Origin: Mobula hypostoma
Taxonomy: Eukaryota
Direction of reading: 5' to 3'
DNA length: 64,000 bases
Assembly: GCF_963921235.1 (NCBI RefSeq)
Contig: NC_086097.1
Location: 48,734,001-48,798,000, forward strand
A program made the position numbers and the translations under genes. The notes beneath the pieces were generated by a model, which did no database searches, was not told where the DNA came from, and worked only from the letters and a program-made list of their open reading frames with translations. Below are positions 37,692 to 50,978 of this stretch, piece after piece; within the stretch, counting starts at the first letter, position 1; every line of letters starts with the position of its first letter.

Positions 37692-38482
37692 AGCATCAAG
37701 TTACACAAAACATTGTTTACTGTCCCTCTTAGCATATCTGAGGCCCCTCTCTCTCCACAAAAATCTGCCACTAATGGAGTCTCAAGGGTTGTCACAGACT
37801 GGGTGTTTTGCTCATACTTTATTTTGCCAGTCTGCACACATGGTATTAGGTTAACAACGTGTGCTGCTTTTCTGTTGGAAAAATACTGTCAGATCATGAT
37901 TGTGGGTGCCTTTTATCTGCTTGCTATTCTGTTCCCACTAATGAAACAACATTCACGGGAATAAAATCGTATATAACCATGTAACAATTACAGCACGGAA
38001 ACAGGCCATCTCTGCCCTTCTAGTCCGTGCCGAACTCTTACTCTCACCTAGTCCCACCTGCACTCAGCCCATAACCCTCCATTCCTTTTCTGTCCATATA
38101 TCTATCCAATTTAACTTTAAATGACAACATCAAACCTGCCTCAACCACTTCCGCTGGTAGCTCATTCCACACAGCTACCACTCTCTGAGTAAAGAAGTTC
38201 CCCCTCATGTTACACCTAAACTTTTGCCCTTTAATTCACAACTCATGTCCTCTTGTTTGAATCTCCCCCACTCTCAATGGAAAAAGCCTATCCACATCAA
38301 TTCTATCTTTCCCCTTCATGATTTTAAATACCTCTATCAAGTCCCCCCCTCAACCTTCTACTTTTCAAAGAATAAAGACCCAACTTGTTCACCCTTTCTC
38401 TGTAACTTAGGAGATGAAACCCAGGCAACATTTTAGTAAATCTCCTCTGTACTGTCTCAATTTTATTGACATCTTTCCTATA

Positions 38483-40006
38483 CAGGTGTCCCCTGCTTTT
38501 TGAACGTTCGCTTTACAAAACCTCACTGTTACGAAAGACCTACATTAGTACCCTGTTTTCGTTTTCAGAAGGTGTTTTCACTGTTACGAAAAAAATATTC
38601 AGCGCGCGAAAAAAGGCAGCGCGCCCCGAGCAGCCACTCTCCCCTGGATTGGGAACTGCTTTGCTTTAACACGTGCCTGTGAGCAGCCATTTGAAAGATG
38701 AGTTCTATGGTATCAGAAAAGCCTGAAAGAGCTCGTAAGGGTGTTACACTTAGCCTAAAACTAGACATAATTAAGTGTTTTGATCGTGGTGAACGAAGTA
38801 AGGACAACGTGAGTTTGGCTTGTGGAAACTGACAAACATGATGTTGAAGAGGTTTTGACATCCCAACACCAAGAACTGACAGATGAAGAGCTGATGCAAT
38901 TGGAAGAAAAAAGGATAACAATCGAAACCGAATGAGTAATGATAAAGTAGAACTTTAATTTTGAAAGGGTACGTCGGTTTAGGAGATATTTGCAGGATGG
39001 TTTGAGTCCTTATTAAAGAACTGTGTGATAGAAAAATGCACGAGGCTTAGCAGTCAAGCAAGCCTTCCACATAAGCCACAGCAGATGATGAACCTCAACA
39101 TCGAGGCGGGCAGAGATAGAAGAAGATGAGCTGCCTGCTCTAATGGAAACAGACGACGAGATGACACTCCAGTGTCCCATCACCCCAACCCCCAGGCCAC
39201 GGACAGATACCAATTCGCGGAGAATGCAAAAGTAGCCGAGAGGCACACAGCACATCTTTAAGAAAAAAGCCGAAATAAACACGCTAATTAATTAGGTGCC
39301 GCCAACATGTAATTGTCGGCCCAGACCAGAGACGACGCAATCGGAAATCGGCACTGATCTGGGCCGACAATTACGGGCGACACCTAATTAATTAGCATGT
39401 TTGTTTCGGCCTTTTTCTTAAAGATGTGCTGTGTACCTCCCGGCTACCGCTGGACCCCTGCGTGCTTTGCGGCAATGTATTGCTCAGCGGCCTGGCGGGT
39501 GGGGGCCACTGCACCACCCCAGCCTGCGACAAGTCTAACACACCATCATCAGTGTGCTCGGTGCTGTCTTCCCGATTCCCGTAAGTGATACTACACTGTA
39601 CATACATTATTTCTACTTTATATTGGCTGTGTATTTTTACGTGTTACTTGGTATGATTTGGCAGCTTCATAGCTTAAAGGTTACTGGAGAGCGCTTGTGC
39701 GTTTCTGCCGACGGCGCTTGCGTGCGATTTTTGCTACGGAGAGCAGTGCAGTGATGATTGTGGAAAAGTATTTCTACTTTATATAGGCTGTGTATTTATC
39801 ATATCATTCCTGCTTTTACTATGTGTTACTGTTATTTTAGGTTCTATGTGTTGTTTGGCATGATTTGGTAGGTTACTTTTGGGTCTGCGAACGCTCACAA
39901 AATTTTCCCGTATAAATAAATGGTAATTGCTTCTTCACTTTACGACATTTTGGTTTACGAACTGTTTCATAGGAAAGCTCTACCTTTGGATGGCGGGGGA
40001 AACCTG
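38483..40006 (+). mobile_element. Tigger/pogo non-autonomous element
   Basis: TA TSD; termini CAGGTGTCCCC / GGGGGAAACCTG. N-terminal HTH remnant RARKGVTLSLKLDIIKCFDRGE (from ATG 38698) and C-terminal DVEEVLTSQHQELTDEELMQLEE. Confidence 0.88.
39170..39511. mobile_element. Diverged copy of the 381-734 hAT foldback MITE nested in the Tigger element
   Basis: Shared CAGCACATCTTTAAGAAAAAAGC, CTAATTAATTAGGTGCC and GTCGGCCCAGA arms; right end GGGGCCACTG. Confidence 0.85.
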
Positions 40007-40479
40007 TAATTCGGTGACCAGAACTGTACACAATACCCAAATTTGGCCTTACCAATGCCTTATACAATTTCAAGATTACATCCCAACTCCTATACTCAAT
40101 GCTCTGATCTATAAAGGTCAGTATACCAAAAGCTTTCTTCACCACCCTATCCACATGAGATTCCACCTTCAGGGAACTATGCACCATTATTCCTAGATCT
40201 CTCTGTTCTTCTGCATTCTTCAATGCCTTACCATTTACCATGTATACCATGAATAGCCCATTTCAAAACAAAGCTCTCTTGTTATTTAAGCAGCAGGCCA
40301 TAAATTCCAAACAAGAGGGCAGGTATATCTCCCCTATTTTTCCTGAATCATGAAAGTATACCACCTTAGCTACAATAAAGGTAGAAAACAAGGTTCTATA
40401 TTTCATTAGGAAAGAGTAAAAGCACAAATCAATTGACCTATAACTGAATAGGGTACTGCCCAGGTCCCAGCACTATGCA

Positions 40480-40950
40480 CCAGTCTAGCCCCATTATCAC
40501 ATCGATTTCTCCAACTTCTGATAATTCTCCCCCTTCCTCCTTCACTCTTTTTCTATTCCCTATTCTAGTTGCCCTCTTACCGCTTGTCTTTTCTTCACCT
40601 GCCAATCCGCCTTCTGGTGCTCCTCCTCCTTCCCTTCCCTGGTGCACTGTCTTATTGGATTTCTCCCCAGTCCCCTAGTCTACCCCTCCCCTTCAGCTTC
40701 TACTTCATTACCCCTCCCCCAGCCATGCACTTACCCCTCACCCAGCCTCATCTATCACCTGCCAGCTTGTACTCCTCCTCCTCCTTATTCTGGCTTCTGC
40801 CACCTTGCTTTTCAATCCTGACGAAGGATCTCAGCACGAAACATCAACTGTTTATTCCCCTCAATAGATGCTACCTGACTGGCTAAGTTCCTGCAGCATT
40901 TTGTGTGTGTTGATCAGGATTTCCAGCATCTGCAGAATCTCTTTTGTCAC
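40480..40950 (+). mobile_element. Penelope-like element 3' end with pLTR and minimal hammerhead
   Basis: ORF-end remnant IDFSNF*, a pyrimidine-rich tract, and CTGACGA(40818-24)...GAAAC(40838-42). Confidence 0.75.
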
Positions 40951-41555
40951 AAACACCTGAATTCAGTTCAGATAATGAAGGTTTTTGATGTGAAACCCCT
41001 CATGAAACACCATCACATCATTAGGTGGTAAAGTTAAATTCCTGAAGGATGCAGGGTCCATTTAAAGAGATAGTTGATGCTGAACCTCTGTTAGTAATCA
41101 GTTCAAACCCAATAAATTTAAAACACTTCTTTACAGATCAAATGCTGGAGTTTGTAAATGTGTCAGTATTAGAAGAGACAGATCATTCTGTCGATCTTTG
41201 CTAATAAACTTTCATCAGTTCAGGCATTCACCTCCACAATAAAGCTAATTAAATAAAATTGAGAACTGAAAAATGGATCAAAAGCGTCAGATTCTTATTG
41301 AAAACTAATCTGTTTATATCTTGAGCATTAAACAAAGTGCCATCAAAGCAGATGTGCAGGTGAAGGATAAATCAGAGAGACTACAAGAGAGAACATATCA
41401 GTGGTGAATTATAGCTTTCATTTTGATTACCTTGTGTGTCTTTTCATTGAGAAAGTCTAGGAGAGGTTGCAATTAAGTATGAACTAATTGTTTTTAAAAT
41501 CAGATGACTTGAAAACTGTTGTTAATGCTTGTAGTCAAAGATCCCATGTCTAATA

Positions 41556-42345
41556 CAGTGGGTTTGACCTTTAATTGGGTTATCACTCAATTGGGACAAC
41601 TCTTAAAGAACAAAAACAAATTGAGAAAATTGCCTGGATTCCCTTCAATTATTTGGGACACTATAATGTTTAATTGGGACAGGAGACTTGGCGAACAGGT
41701 TCTAACTAACGTCAGTCACCAACTGTGGCCATTAGACACTACACTGTGCTTAAGCGAACAGTTTTTAAATATTGTCAGTTTCTGTGTTTGTGCTTGAAAA
41801 ATCTGTGATTTTAGACACTGATAGTTGGCAAGAAATAAACAGTTAGACAATTCCAAACTGTTTTACTCACTGCTATTTCAAGCATACAGGCTTAGAAATG
41901 TCAGGAATGGTCAAGAGTGAAAATGAAACAATTTCACAAGTTCAACAAGTTAGAAACTATGAAGAATTTGAAGTTATCTATCAATAATCATCTTGAATGT
42001 TACAATGCACATAAAGATTTGGAGGATGCAATTGTTAATATCGTTGTATGAAGGCAGTCCCTTATCTGCATTAGGTGTCTGTGCTGATTTCGTTCATTGT
42101 ATCCACTGGATGAATTCCTCTGATAACTGTTAGGAATTAATACAGTTTTATAGCACTGAAATACAATTAGTAGTGTTCTAATTTGTTTTGTATTTCACTT
42201 AAATTCATAATTTGTTACTCAGTTTGTCTTTATTTATACTTTTTTAACCATTTCCATTAAACTGCAGTTAATTGGAGCAAGCTGCTTAATTGGACCAAAA
42301 TGTGCTGGTCTCGACGTGTCCCAATTAACTTGATTCAATACAGTG
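41556..42345. mobile_element. Tigger-like non-autonomous DNA transposon (old)
   Basis: TA-CAGTGG left end; repeated (A)ATTGGGACA motifs mirrored by TGTCCCAATT at the right end. Confidence 0.6.
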
Positions 42346-42606
42346 TATTGCTTAACATGTTTCTATGTATCAGCTGTGCAGTCATTGAGCAGGCTGATTA
42401 GTGAATGCACTGGATGTAAAGTTTTTCCGTCCTTTCAACAATTACACATAATTTATGTAAGTGTGGTCGATGACAGAAATTATTTTCTTTTCACTGTACA
42501 ATGATATGCTTTGTAAATTACACAAGACGCTAATTGGCTTTGACATGAATGAATAATTGCACCTTACTTGAAGAGTAAATACTATTTTACTGGTTAAAGA
42601 TATTTG

Positions 42607-45600
42607 ATCCTGAACAACCGAGGACCCATGGAGTGGGTTTTACCATCTGAAACAGCCTACTTCAGATGCTGACAGAGCAACCACTGGGAATCAACGAACG
42701 TCTCATGACTCTGTGAATTCAGCTTGTCAAGAACCAACACGCCACCATCATCAGCGCCTATGCTCCAACTCTGGACGCTGAAGATGAAATAACGATGAAC
42801 TTCTACGCCCAACTTGACCACGTCCTTTCCTCTGTTCCCAACAACGACAAGATCATTCTCTTGGGAGACTTCAATGCCAGAGTCGGGAAAGATCATAGGC
42901 ACTGGACTGGAATAATAAGCAAGGAAGGAGTTGGCAAGGTCAACGCCAATGGAACACTCCTCGTCACCAAATGTGCTGAACACAACCTGGTGATTACAAA
43001 CACCCTATTTCGCCAGAAAGACAGGCACAAAGTCTCCTAGCAGCATCCGCGCTCCAAACATTGGCACCTCATCAACTACATCATCGTACGATCTCGGGAC
43101 CAACAAGATGTACTGACAGCAAGAGCTGTTACTGGTGCCAACAAATGCTGGACAGACCATCGACTCATCTCATCCACCATGAGAATGAAGATTCAGCCCA
43201 AAAGGAAACACCAAAATCAGAACACTATTAAGAAATTCGATGTTGACATCTTTCAAGACATCAACCATGTACAGAAGTTCCAACAAAATCTTACAGAACA
43301 ACTGCCTCAACAAATTCCACCATCTGTAGAAGAACACTGGAATCAATTGAAGAACACTATCATCACCTCCTACAAGAAAACAATTGGGTTCAAGACAAAA
43401 AAACATCAGGATTGGTTCGATGATAACAACAAACTACTCCAACAACTCATCGACGAAAAGAGAAAAGCTTTCATCACCTTACAAAATGATCAACAATCGG
43501 CTACCAAAAGGAAACACTATCAGGAATGCAAGGCTGCGGTCCAGAAGAACACCCAAAACCTGAAAAATCAATGGAGGAAGGAAGCTCAGAAAATCCAACA
43601 ACTAGCAGATGCCAACGACTCTCGAGGCTTTTTCAACACAACTAAAGCTATTTTTGGCCCATCCATTCATGGTCAAGCCCCTCTCAAAAGCAAAGATGGT
43701 TTAACCATCCTGAAGAGCAATGCTGACATCAATTCTAGATGGAGGGAGCACTTTGAAGATCTTCTGAATCAAACCGTCTCATTTGACAGGAATGTGATTA
43801 AAAATATTCCAAAACAGCCTGTTGATGACTCCCTAAAGAAAATACAAACACAAAGTCAAGGAAGCCATCAAAACCTTGAAAAACAACAAGGCCGCTGGAT
43901 TCGATGGAATACCAGCCAAGATCTACAAAATTGGAGGTAACCCGCTTCATTACCAACTGCATCAACTTCTCATCAAGTTCTGGATAAATGAAGACATACC
44001 AGCAGACTTTAGAGACTCAGCAATCATTACCATCTACAAAAGGAAAGGCAATCGATCCGAATGCAGAAACTATCGTGGAATTTCCCTGTTAGCAACAGCA
44101 GGAAAGATCCTCACCCGCATCATGAACAACCCACTCAAGCCTTTAGCTGAGAAGATCCTTCCGGAGACACAAGCCAGTTTTAGACCATCATATGGAGCAA
44201 TCGACATGATCTTCACAATGCGACAACTACAAGAAAAATGTCGTGAACAACTTCAACCTTTGTACATGGCATTCATCGACCTCACCAAAGCCTTCGACTC
44301 AGTATCAAGGGAACTCCTATGGGATGTCCTACCCACCTATGGATGCCCTGAAAATCCTGAGACTCCTCCATGATGGCATGCTTGCCACAGTCATGGTCAG
44401 CAACAGTAACTGTGAGCCTTTTCAAGTTAGATCAGGAGTAAAACAGAGATGCGTGATTGCCCCAACTTTGTTCACCATCTTCATTGCGACAATCATCCAC
44501 ATCATCAAGGATGACCTACCCCCAGGAATCAAAATTGTCTACAGAACAGATGGCAGACTTTTCAATCTTGCCCATCAAGTCCAAAAACAAGACATCCACG
44601 AGTTCCCTCATCGAGTTCCAATACACAGATGACAACAGTGTTGCAGCTCTCTCAGAAAACCACCTACAACAGATTCTGACTGCTTTCAACTGTGCATACA
44701 GGAAACTTGGACTTACCATCAATTCCAAGAAGACTCAGGTCATCTATCAACTGTCACCAACTGAGAAAAATTGGATAGAACCATCAATACAACTTGGCGA
44801 AATAACCCTGGAAAACGTGGACCACTTTCCGTATCTTGGAAGTCACCTCTCCTCCAATGTCGACCTTAATGACGAGATCCAACATCGTCTTAAATGCGCG
44901 GGAACAGCTTTTGGACATCTCCAAACAAGAGTCTTTCATGATTGTGACATCCGAACAAACACCAAAATGTTAGTGTACAAAGCAGTGGTGATCCCAACCC
45001 TCTTGTATGCATCAGAAACCTGGACAACATACCGATGACATCTGAAGGCACTTGAAAAGTTCCAGCAATGCTGTCTTCAAAACATCTTAAATATCAACTG
45101 GGAAGATGGAAGAACCAATGTCAGCGTGCTAAATGAAGCAAAAACAAGCGTTGAAGCCTACATCGTCAAGAACCAACTAAGATGGAGCAGTCATGTTGTT
45201 CGGATGAAAGACAAATGTCTGCCAAAACAAATCTTCTATTCCCAGCTTAAAGGTGGCAAACGTAAAAGAGGCAGACAACAGAAGAGATTCAAAGATGTCT
45301 TAAAAGCCAACATGAAGAATTGTAACATCGACATCAACAATTGGGAAACCAATGCCAAAGGCAGGAAACTCTGGTAAGCCATCATCCGAGAAGGAACAGC
45401 AACTTTCGAAGCCAACAGATGTGCAGAATTAGAAGAAAAGAGAAGAAAATGGAAAGAGAGGCAGCAACAACCAAAGCCCAATCTGCCATCTGGAACTACC
45501 TCTTTTGAGTGTGGACGAACTTTCAAAGCCAAGATTGGACTCATAAGCCACTTGAGAGTCCATAAGTAGATCAACAGAACGAAGACCATCATCCTCGACC

Positions 45601-45622
45601 TCGAGTGATATCCATGACGATG
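42607..45622 (+). mobile_element. RTE-clade LINE, 5'-truncated within the endonuclease
   Basis: LGDFNARVG, TDHRL, NYRGISLL, FIDLTKAFDSV, QYTDD and C-terminal CGRTFKAKIGLISH; short (GAT/GAC) tail. ~18-bp TSD ACTGGTTAAAGATATTTG (42589-606) / ACTGTTTAAAGGTATTTG (45623-40). Confidence 0.93.
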
Positions 45623-46819
45623 ACTGTTTAAAGGTATTTGGTAAGCTGAATGGACAAGAAGGGAAACTGAGAAAGGCCACTACCCCTTGACAACGAGCAA
45701 ATGTACAAGATATTTTTATACAAGTTCTGATAAATAAGCCTTTGACAATTGTAAATTATTGATCATTGCAGATGCTTAAGTCTAGCTTGTGTCATCTCCA
45801 GACCTGCAAAAAGAGTTGTGCTGTTAGTTGCCACACACAAACCCAGTTAACAATTTACATTGGGCCTTTTGTTTCACAGCAAAGTTGGTAAGATTTCTAA
45901 TTTTAAACACTATTACATGACAAATACATTCAGCAAAATATATTCATTTAAATATTTATAATGTGGCCTAATCAAATTGATTAGTCGCTAACTGTCAGAT
46001 AGAACTAATTAAGCAAAAATAAAAGATGAGACAAGGGTGGGGAGGGAGCCTGCAGATGAGAGTTCTCTTCAGCACAAATCAGCTGCTATTAGATTGAAAA
46101 GCATTGTTTCATGCTTAATATATCAGATGGAACAAAATTTTCTTGTCAATAAGAAGGATAATAGAACATTTTTAAAATAACCTTTTGTGGGCTATTATCT
46201 TATGGTGATAGTGAATACTGCAGCAGGCTCTACAATAAAATTAAGAAACTTCAACTAAATTGAACTCATTGGCTGCCACCTCATGTTGTAATCAGCTCAA
46301 ACTCCTATTCTGATATTGCGCTGATGGATCATTAACTATAGCCTTATTAAGCAAATGTACTGTTGTTTAATTCTTTGCAGTCTAAGCAGTTCAAGATGAA
46401 TAACAGTTTGCACCTGCCAGTTAAAGCCTCATTTCATTGCTTGTCATTTCCACACCACTAGTAACGATGCAATGATTCTCTGAATACAAGACAATTAACC
46501 ACTTACTGATTCCATTATGTCATCTGGAATCCTATAATATTACATTTACCTACTGATGTAATGAACATGTCTCAAATCTCAGGCAAATGCCCCAAGCAAT
46601 ATTTAGCCATCAGCAGGACATGAAACCATAGCCAAATCTGTGAATGTTAATTGAAATCTGGAAAATAAACAGTGACGATGTTCAAAAAGACTCATGGATT
46701 TTTCACAGTCTTAAAAAGTCTCAGTAATATAGTCCCTTCCGTATATCGAGTGCACGCAGACCATCAAGCTTTTAATGTAGGAACATATTAGCATGCCAAT
46801 GCAAACAGGGTATGAAATA

Positions 46820-47640
46820 AGAACAGAAGAAATATGAACAGGATGAGCCCATTTGACTTTTCTTTTAACTCAGCCCCACGTTCCAGCACTATCCTTTTTG
46901 GTTTCCCCATTATCCAGAAATCTACTGATCTGTTTTTGGAATGAACTCAATAACTGAGCCTCTAGGCTATAGAACGACCGCCTTCAGCACAAAAAAAAAC
47001 ATTCTCATCTTAAATGACACCCGCCTTATTCAGGCCCCGTGCTCCTTGGCTCTATACCCCTCAGCCCGAGGGAATATCCTCACTGCCTCAAGTCTGAGTT
47101 CTGTGAGAGTTGAGAGTTCCAACAAGATCATCTTTTTCCTTCTAAAATTCCAGAGAATAATAGCCTAGGCTACCTGTGTGGTACCCATTCCTTTCCTGGG
47201 TCCAGACTTCACTGCAGTCCCCCTGTGGAGTTCAACACCAACTACTACAAGATATTTTTTGTAACTTACATTTTTTTTTGGTCTTGGACTGTCCCGTTGC
47301 CACAAACAACAAATTTCACAACCTATGTTAGTGATAATAAATCATTGTTATGATAGGAGTACAAACATTGGACTAGAAGGCAGAGGTTAAAGGTGAAAGG
47401 GGAAAGATTTAAAGAGAATCCAAGAGGCAAGCTTTTCACTCAGAAATGTGTGGGTATATGGAAGAGGAAGTAGTAGAGATGAGCACAGTTACAATTACAA
47501 AGACATTTTGACAGATTCATGGATTGGAAAGCTCTAGAGGGAAATAATCTAAGTGCAAACAAATGGGACCAGCTCTAGAAGCCACCTTGATTGGCATGGA
47601 TGAGTTAGGCCAAAGTGCCTTTTTCTACACTGTATGATTC
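46820..47640. mobile_element. Old CR1 3' fragments (minus ~46820-47175; plus ~47365-47640)
   Basis: Degenerate similarity to the CR1 3' ends elsewhere in the window. Confidence 0.55.
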
Positions 47641-48451
47641 AGTGTATTCCTTAGAAGGCAGATGTCTAAATGGGATTAAGGAGCTAAAAAAGGTCCAGGT
47701 ACAGTGGGATTAAGAGGAATCTAAGAAAACTAAGAAACAGTTGGACTTCTGAGAGAGTGTGCCTAAGGGATGGTGATATTTTCTTTAAAAGCATTTTTAT
47801 ACGTTATTTTAAAGGTCTCTTTGACCATTTTCCTTTGTCAGCAAGCCCACACTCCTGCACTACATTTCAAATCCTACCTCTTTCCTCACCCTTCCTCTGC
47901 TTACAGCATTCAATCAGATTTGATGTGACAAGAATGATGTGTCAGCTTTAGGCTTATTTGCTTTAAATATGTTTCCTCAGCTCTTGCAATCTGTTTCAGG
48001 AATCTTAATAGGCAAGACACTCACTCACTGACTAACTCAGAAAAAGGTAATGCTAAGTAACACGAGGGAATAGTCCAGCTGTACTTTAATGGCAGTGATG
48101 TGAAACTCTAGTGACTGTGTGAATATTAAAGAGGGTGATTGGGACTTCACACAGCAGCAAGAATTCCTGAAAGTAGTAAAGTGAGAAGAAAGGAAGATCT
48201 GTATTAATTTAACACCATTCACATCCCAAAGCATTTTACAGGCAATAAAGTACTTTTGAAGGTTCATTCAGCACAGTGCATTGATTCAAACCCCGTTGCA
48301 CAAGGGACTGTTGTCATATCAGGAATATTCAAGCTTTATATATAGCAGGCTCCAACATACAGCAGTGTAATACTGGCAACATTAACTGTGTCAGTCATCT
48401 TGTGTGAGGAATAGGCATCAGTCCGAACAATGGCAATACTCTCCTGCACTT

Positions 48452-49050
48452 GGAACATGGAACAATACAGCACAGTACAGGCCCTTTGTGCCAACCTTTT
48501 AACCTCCTCCAAGACCAGTCTAACGCTACCCTCCCACATAATACTCCATCTTTCTTCCATCCACGTGCTTATCTAAAGTCCCTAATGTACCTGTGTCTGC
48601 CATCACATCTGGCAGCGTGTTCCATGCATAGACCACTCTACGTGAAAATCCTACCCCTGACTCCCCCTACTCTTTCTTCCGATCACCTTAAAAATTATTC
48701 CCTTTTGTATTAGCCATTGCCTTCCTGGGACAGAGGCGCTGGCTGTCCACTCTATCTATGCCTCTTATCACCTTATACACCTATATCAGGTCACCTTTCA
48801 TCCTCCTATGCTCCAAAAGGGAAATCTTATCTCACTCCACCTATGCTCATAGGACATGCTCTCTAATCCAGGCAGCATCCTATTAAATCTCCTTTACAAC
48901 CTCCCTAAAACTTCTGCACATCTTCCCTAAAACATCTGTTGATTCCAAGATCCATCTGTTCCTCCATACTGCTAAGAATACTGCCATTAACCTTGTACCC
49001 TCCTGCCTCCAGGTTTAACCATACAAAGGGTATCAATTCTATTTTGCTTC
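48452..49050 (-). mobile_element. CR1 3' fragment
   Basis: Collinear with 59200-59950. Confidence 0.75.
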
Positions 49051-49772
49051 TTGTCCACTTACAGAACAACTAACTGAGTTTTGATGGTCTTTTCATCCTT
49101 GAGTTGCAGAGGGCCTGTAGAGATATTTTATAAGTCAGAGAAACTTACAAATTTATAGCTTAAATAACTTCATATTTCCTCCTACTTGCTTAGAATAAAT
49201 ACCCACAGCAGTATCATCAAAACAAATGACCCAACCTGGCAATGGACATACAATCGAGCACTGAGAAACAAAAGGACATTCAGTATTTGAAATCAATTTG
49301 TTCCTTAGAAAAATGACTCATAAAAAAAATTGCACAGTTTACCAGCAATGTCACCTATGCAACATAGAGAGAATTTTCATTGAAACTAAAACACCAGTTC
49401 TCTTTCCAGAACCACCAACAAATGCCTCAAAGAATTTAATAAACTCGCCAGAGGAGGTGAGGCAGCATACCTGACATCATATTATTAGTTTACTTAACTG
49501 GGCTGAATTGGAGTTGGAAAATCCTCATCAGGGCTGCATGAAAGGTGTTACCTTTTTAATCAGGAGGGCTATGGAGATTTGAAAGGCAGTATTAACTCTG
49601 AGTTGAGGAGTGACCAATCAGCAAGAGGGTTTCATTGGAAAGGGCCAATAAAAATTAGCACAGGTGCAAGCAGAGCAGTCATTCTTCTGGAGTGCACCAA
49701 TCTTTAGAGTGGATTTGGCTCATCAGACTTAGGTGAAATCAAGTTTGGGTGAGGTACATTGTCCTTTAAGTT

Positions 49773-49905
49773 GAGTCCTGCTGAAGGGTCTTGGCCTGAA
49801 ATGTCGCCTGTACCTCTTCCTAGAGAGGCTGCCTGGTCTGCTGCGTTCACCAGCAACTTTGATGTGTGTTGCTTGAATTTCCAGTATCTGCAGAATTCCT
49901 GTTGT
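49773..49905 (+). mobile_element. Solo Penelope pLTR with decayed hammerhead
   Basis: Flanking direct repeat TTGTCCTTTAAGTT (49759-72 / 49906-19); core CTGCTGA...GAAATGTC. Confidence 0.8.
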
Positions 49906-49946
49906 TTGTCCTTTAAGTTATTCACTCTCTGTCCTTATTTGTTCAT

Positions 49947-50978
49947 AACCTGAAACAGAAGTGACAGGGTTTGGGGTGATTATACCAGCAAAAGAAATTG
50001 GAATTAGCAGAAGAACATCTAATAAGTTAGGGGTGTTTACAGTGGAGATGCTGGCAGTGTTGGTTGCGTTGCAATGGGTGCAGAAAGCCAGACAAGCCAA
50101 AGCATTGATATGTTCAGATTCATCTTCAGTTCTAGCAAGTTTAAGGTCTTTTCACACAAACAGTTGGCAAGATGTACTTTATGAAGTCCTTCAGTTAGTT
50201 ACAAGAATTGCAAATCAGGGAAGTCAGGTAAAATTTCTTTGGGTTCCAGCACATGTAGGGGTGAAGGGGAATGAGAGGGTGGATGAGTTGGCAAAGAGGG
50301 TGTTAAAGAAAGAAAATGTGGAAATGCACATTAGTATCAGTAAAGCAGAGGTTAAGTGTGTAATCTGGGAAAAAGTCAACCAAATGTGGCAAGAAAGATG
50401 GGACAGGGAGGGGAAAGGGAGGCATTTATATCAAATACAAAAGAGTGTTGCAGGTACTGGGGTAGGTAATGGAAACAGAAGAGAGGAAACTGTGTGGACT
50501 AGGTTAAGGCTGGGACACTGAGCATTAAACAAAACATTGAAAATGATAGGGAAACACCAGACAGGATTGTGTGAGGAATGTCAGGAAGAGGAGTCAGTAG
50601 AACATGTAGTTTTGTGTTGCAGGAAGTATGGGAGACAGAGAGAGATGATGAGAATTAAACTAAGGGAGTTGGGGGTGCAGGAATTCACATTAAAAGGGTT
50701 GCTGGGCATGGGTGAGAGAGCACAGGTCCGGGTATTTTTAGCGTTCTTAAGGGGTACAGGGGTTTTTTATAGGATATGACGGATAAACAGGAATAGGGTA
50801 CTAGGATGGTCAAAGATGGGAGGGTGAAGTGTAGGTTTGTGTGTGGGTGTGTGCACGCGCAAGCGAGATTGGGTGAAGGGATTTAGATTATATGTCTAGT
50901 GCACACTCCGGAGCAGAAGGTGGCAGTAATGCACCATTAAGCTGGATGCCAACCGCCGTAAAACAAGACACAGACAGA
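49947..50978 (+). mobile_element. I-group (Nimb-like) LINE 3' fragment encoding RNase H and a CCHC knuckle
   Basis: VFTVEMLAV, ICSDSSS, WVPAHVGVKGNERVDELAK, RLRLGH, CEEC..ESVEHV..C. 3' motif GGTGGCAGTAATGCACC. 13-bp TSD CTTATTTGTTCAT (49934-46 / 50979-91). Confidence 0.9.

Larger units (their letters stand above)
37972..40250 (-). mobile_element. CR1 3' fragment (37972-38482 and 40009-40250) split by a Tigger element
   Basis: CR1 sequence ATCTTTCCTA-TA-ATTCGGTGACCAGAACTG is contiguous once the insert is removed. Confidence 0.85.

Noticed and set aside
49961..50521. Cellular RNase H1 gene
   Set aside because: It is followed by a LINE CCHC knuckle and 3' UTR and bounded by a TSD.
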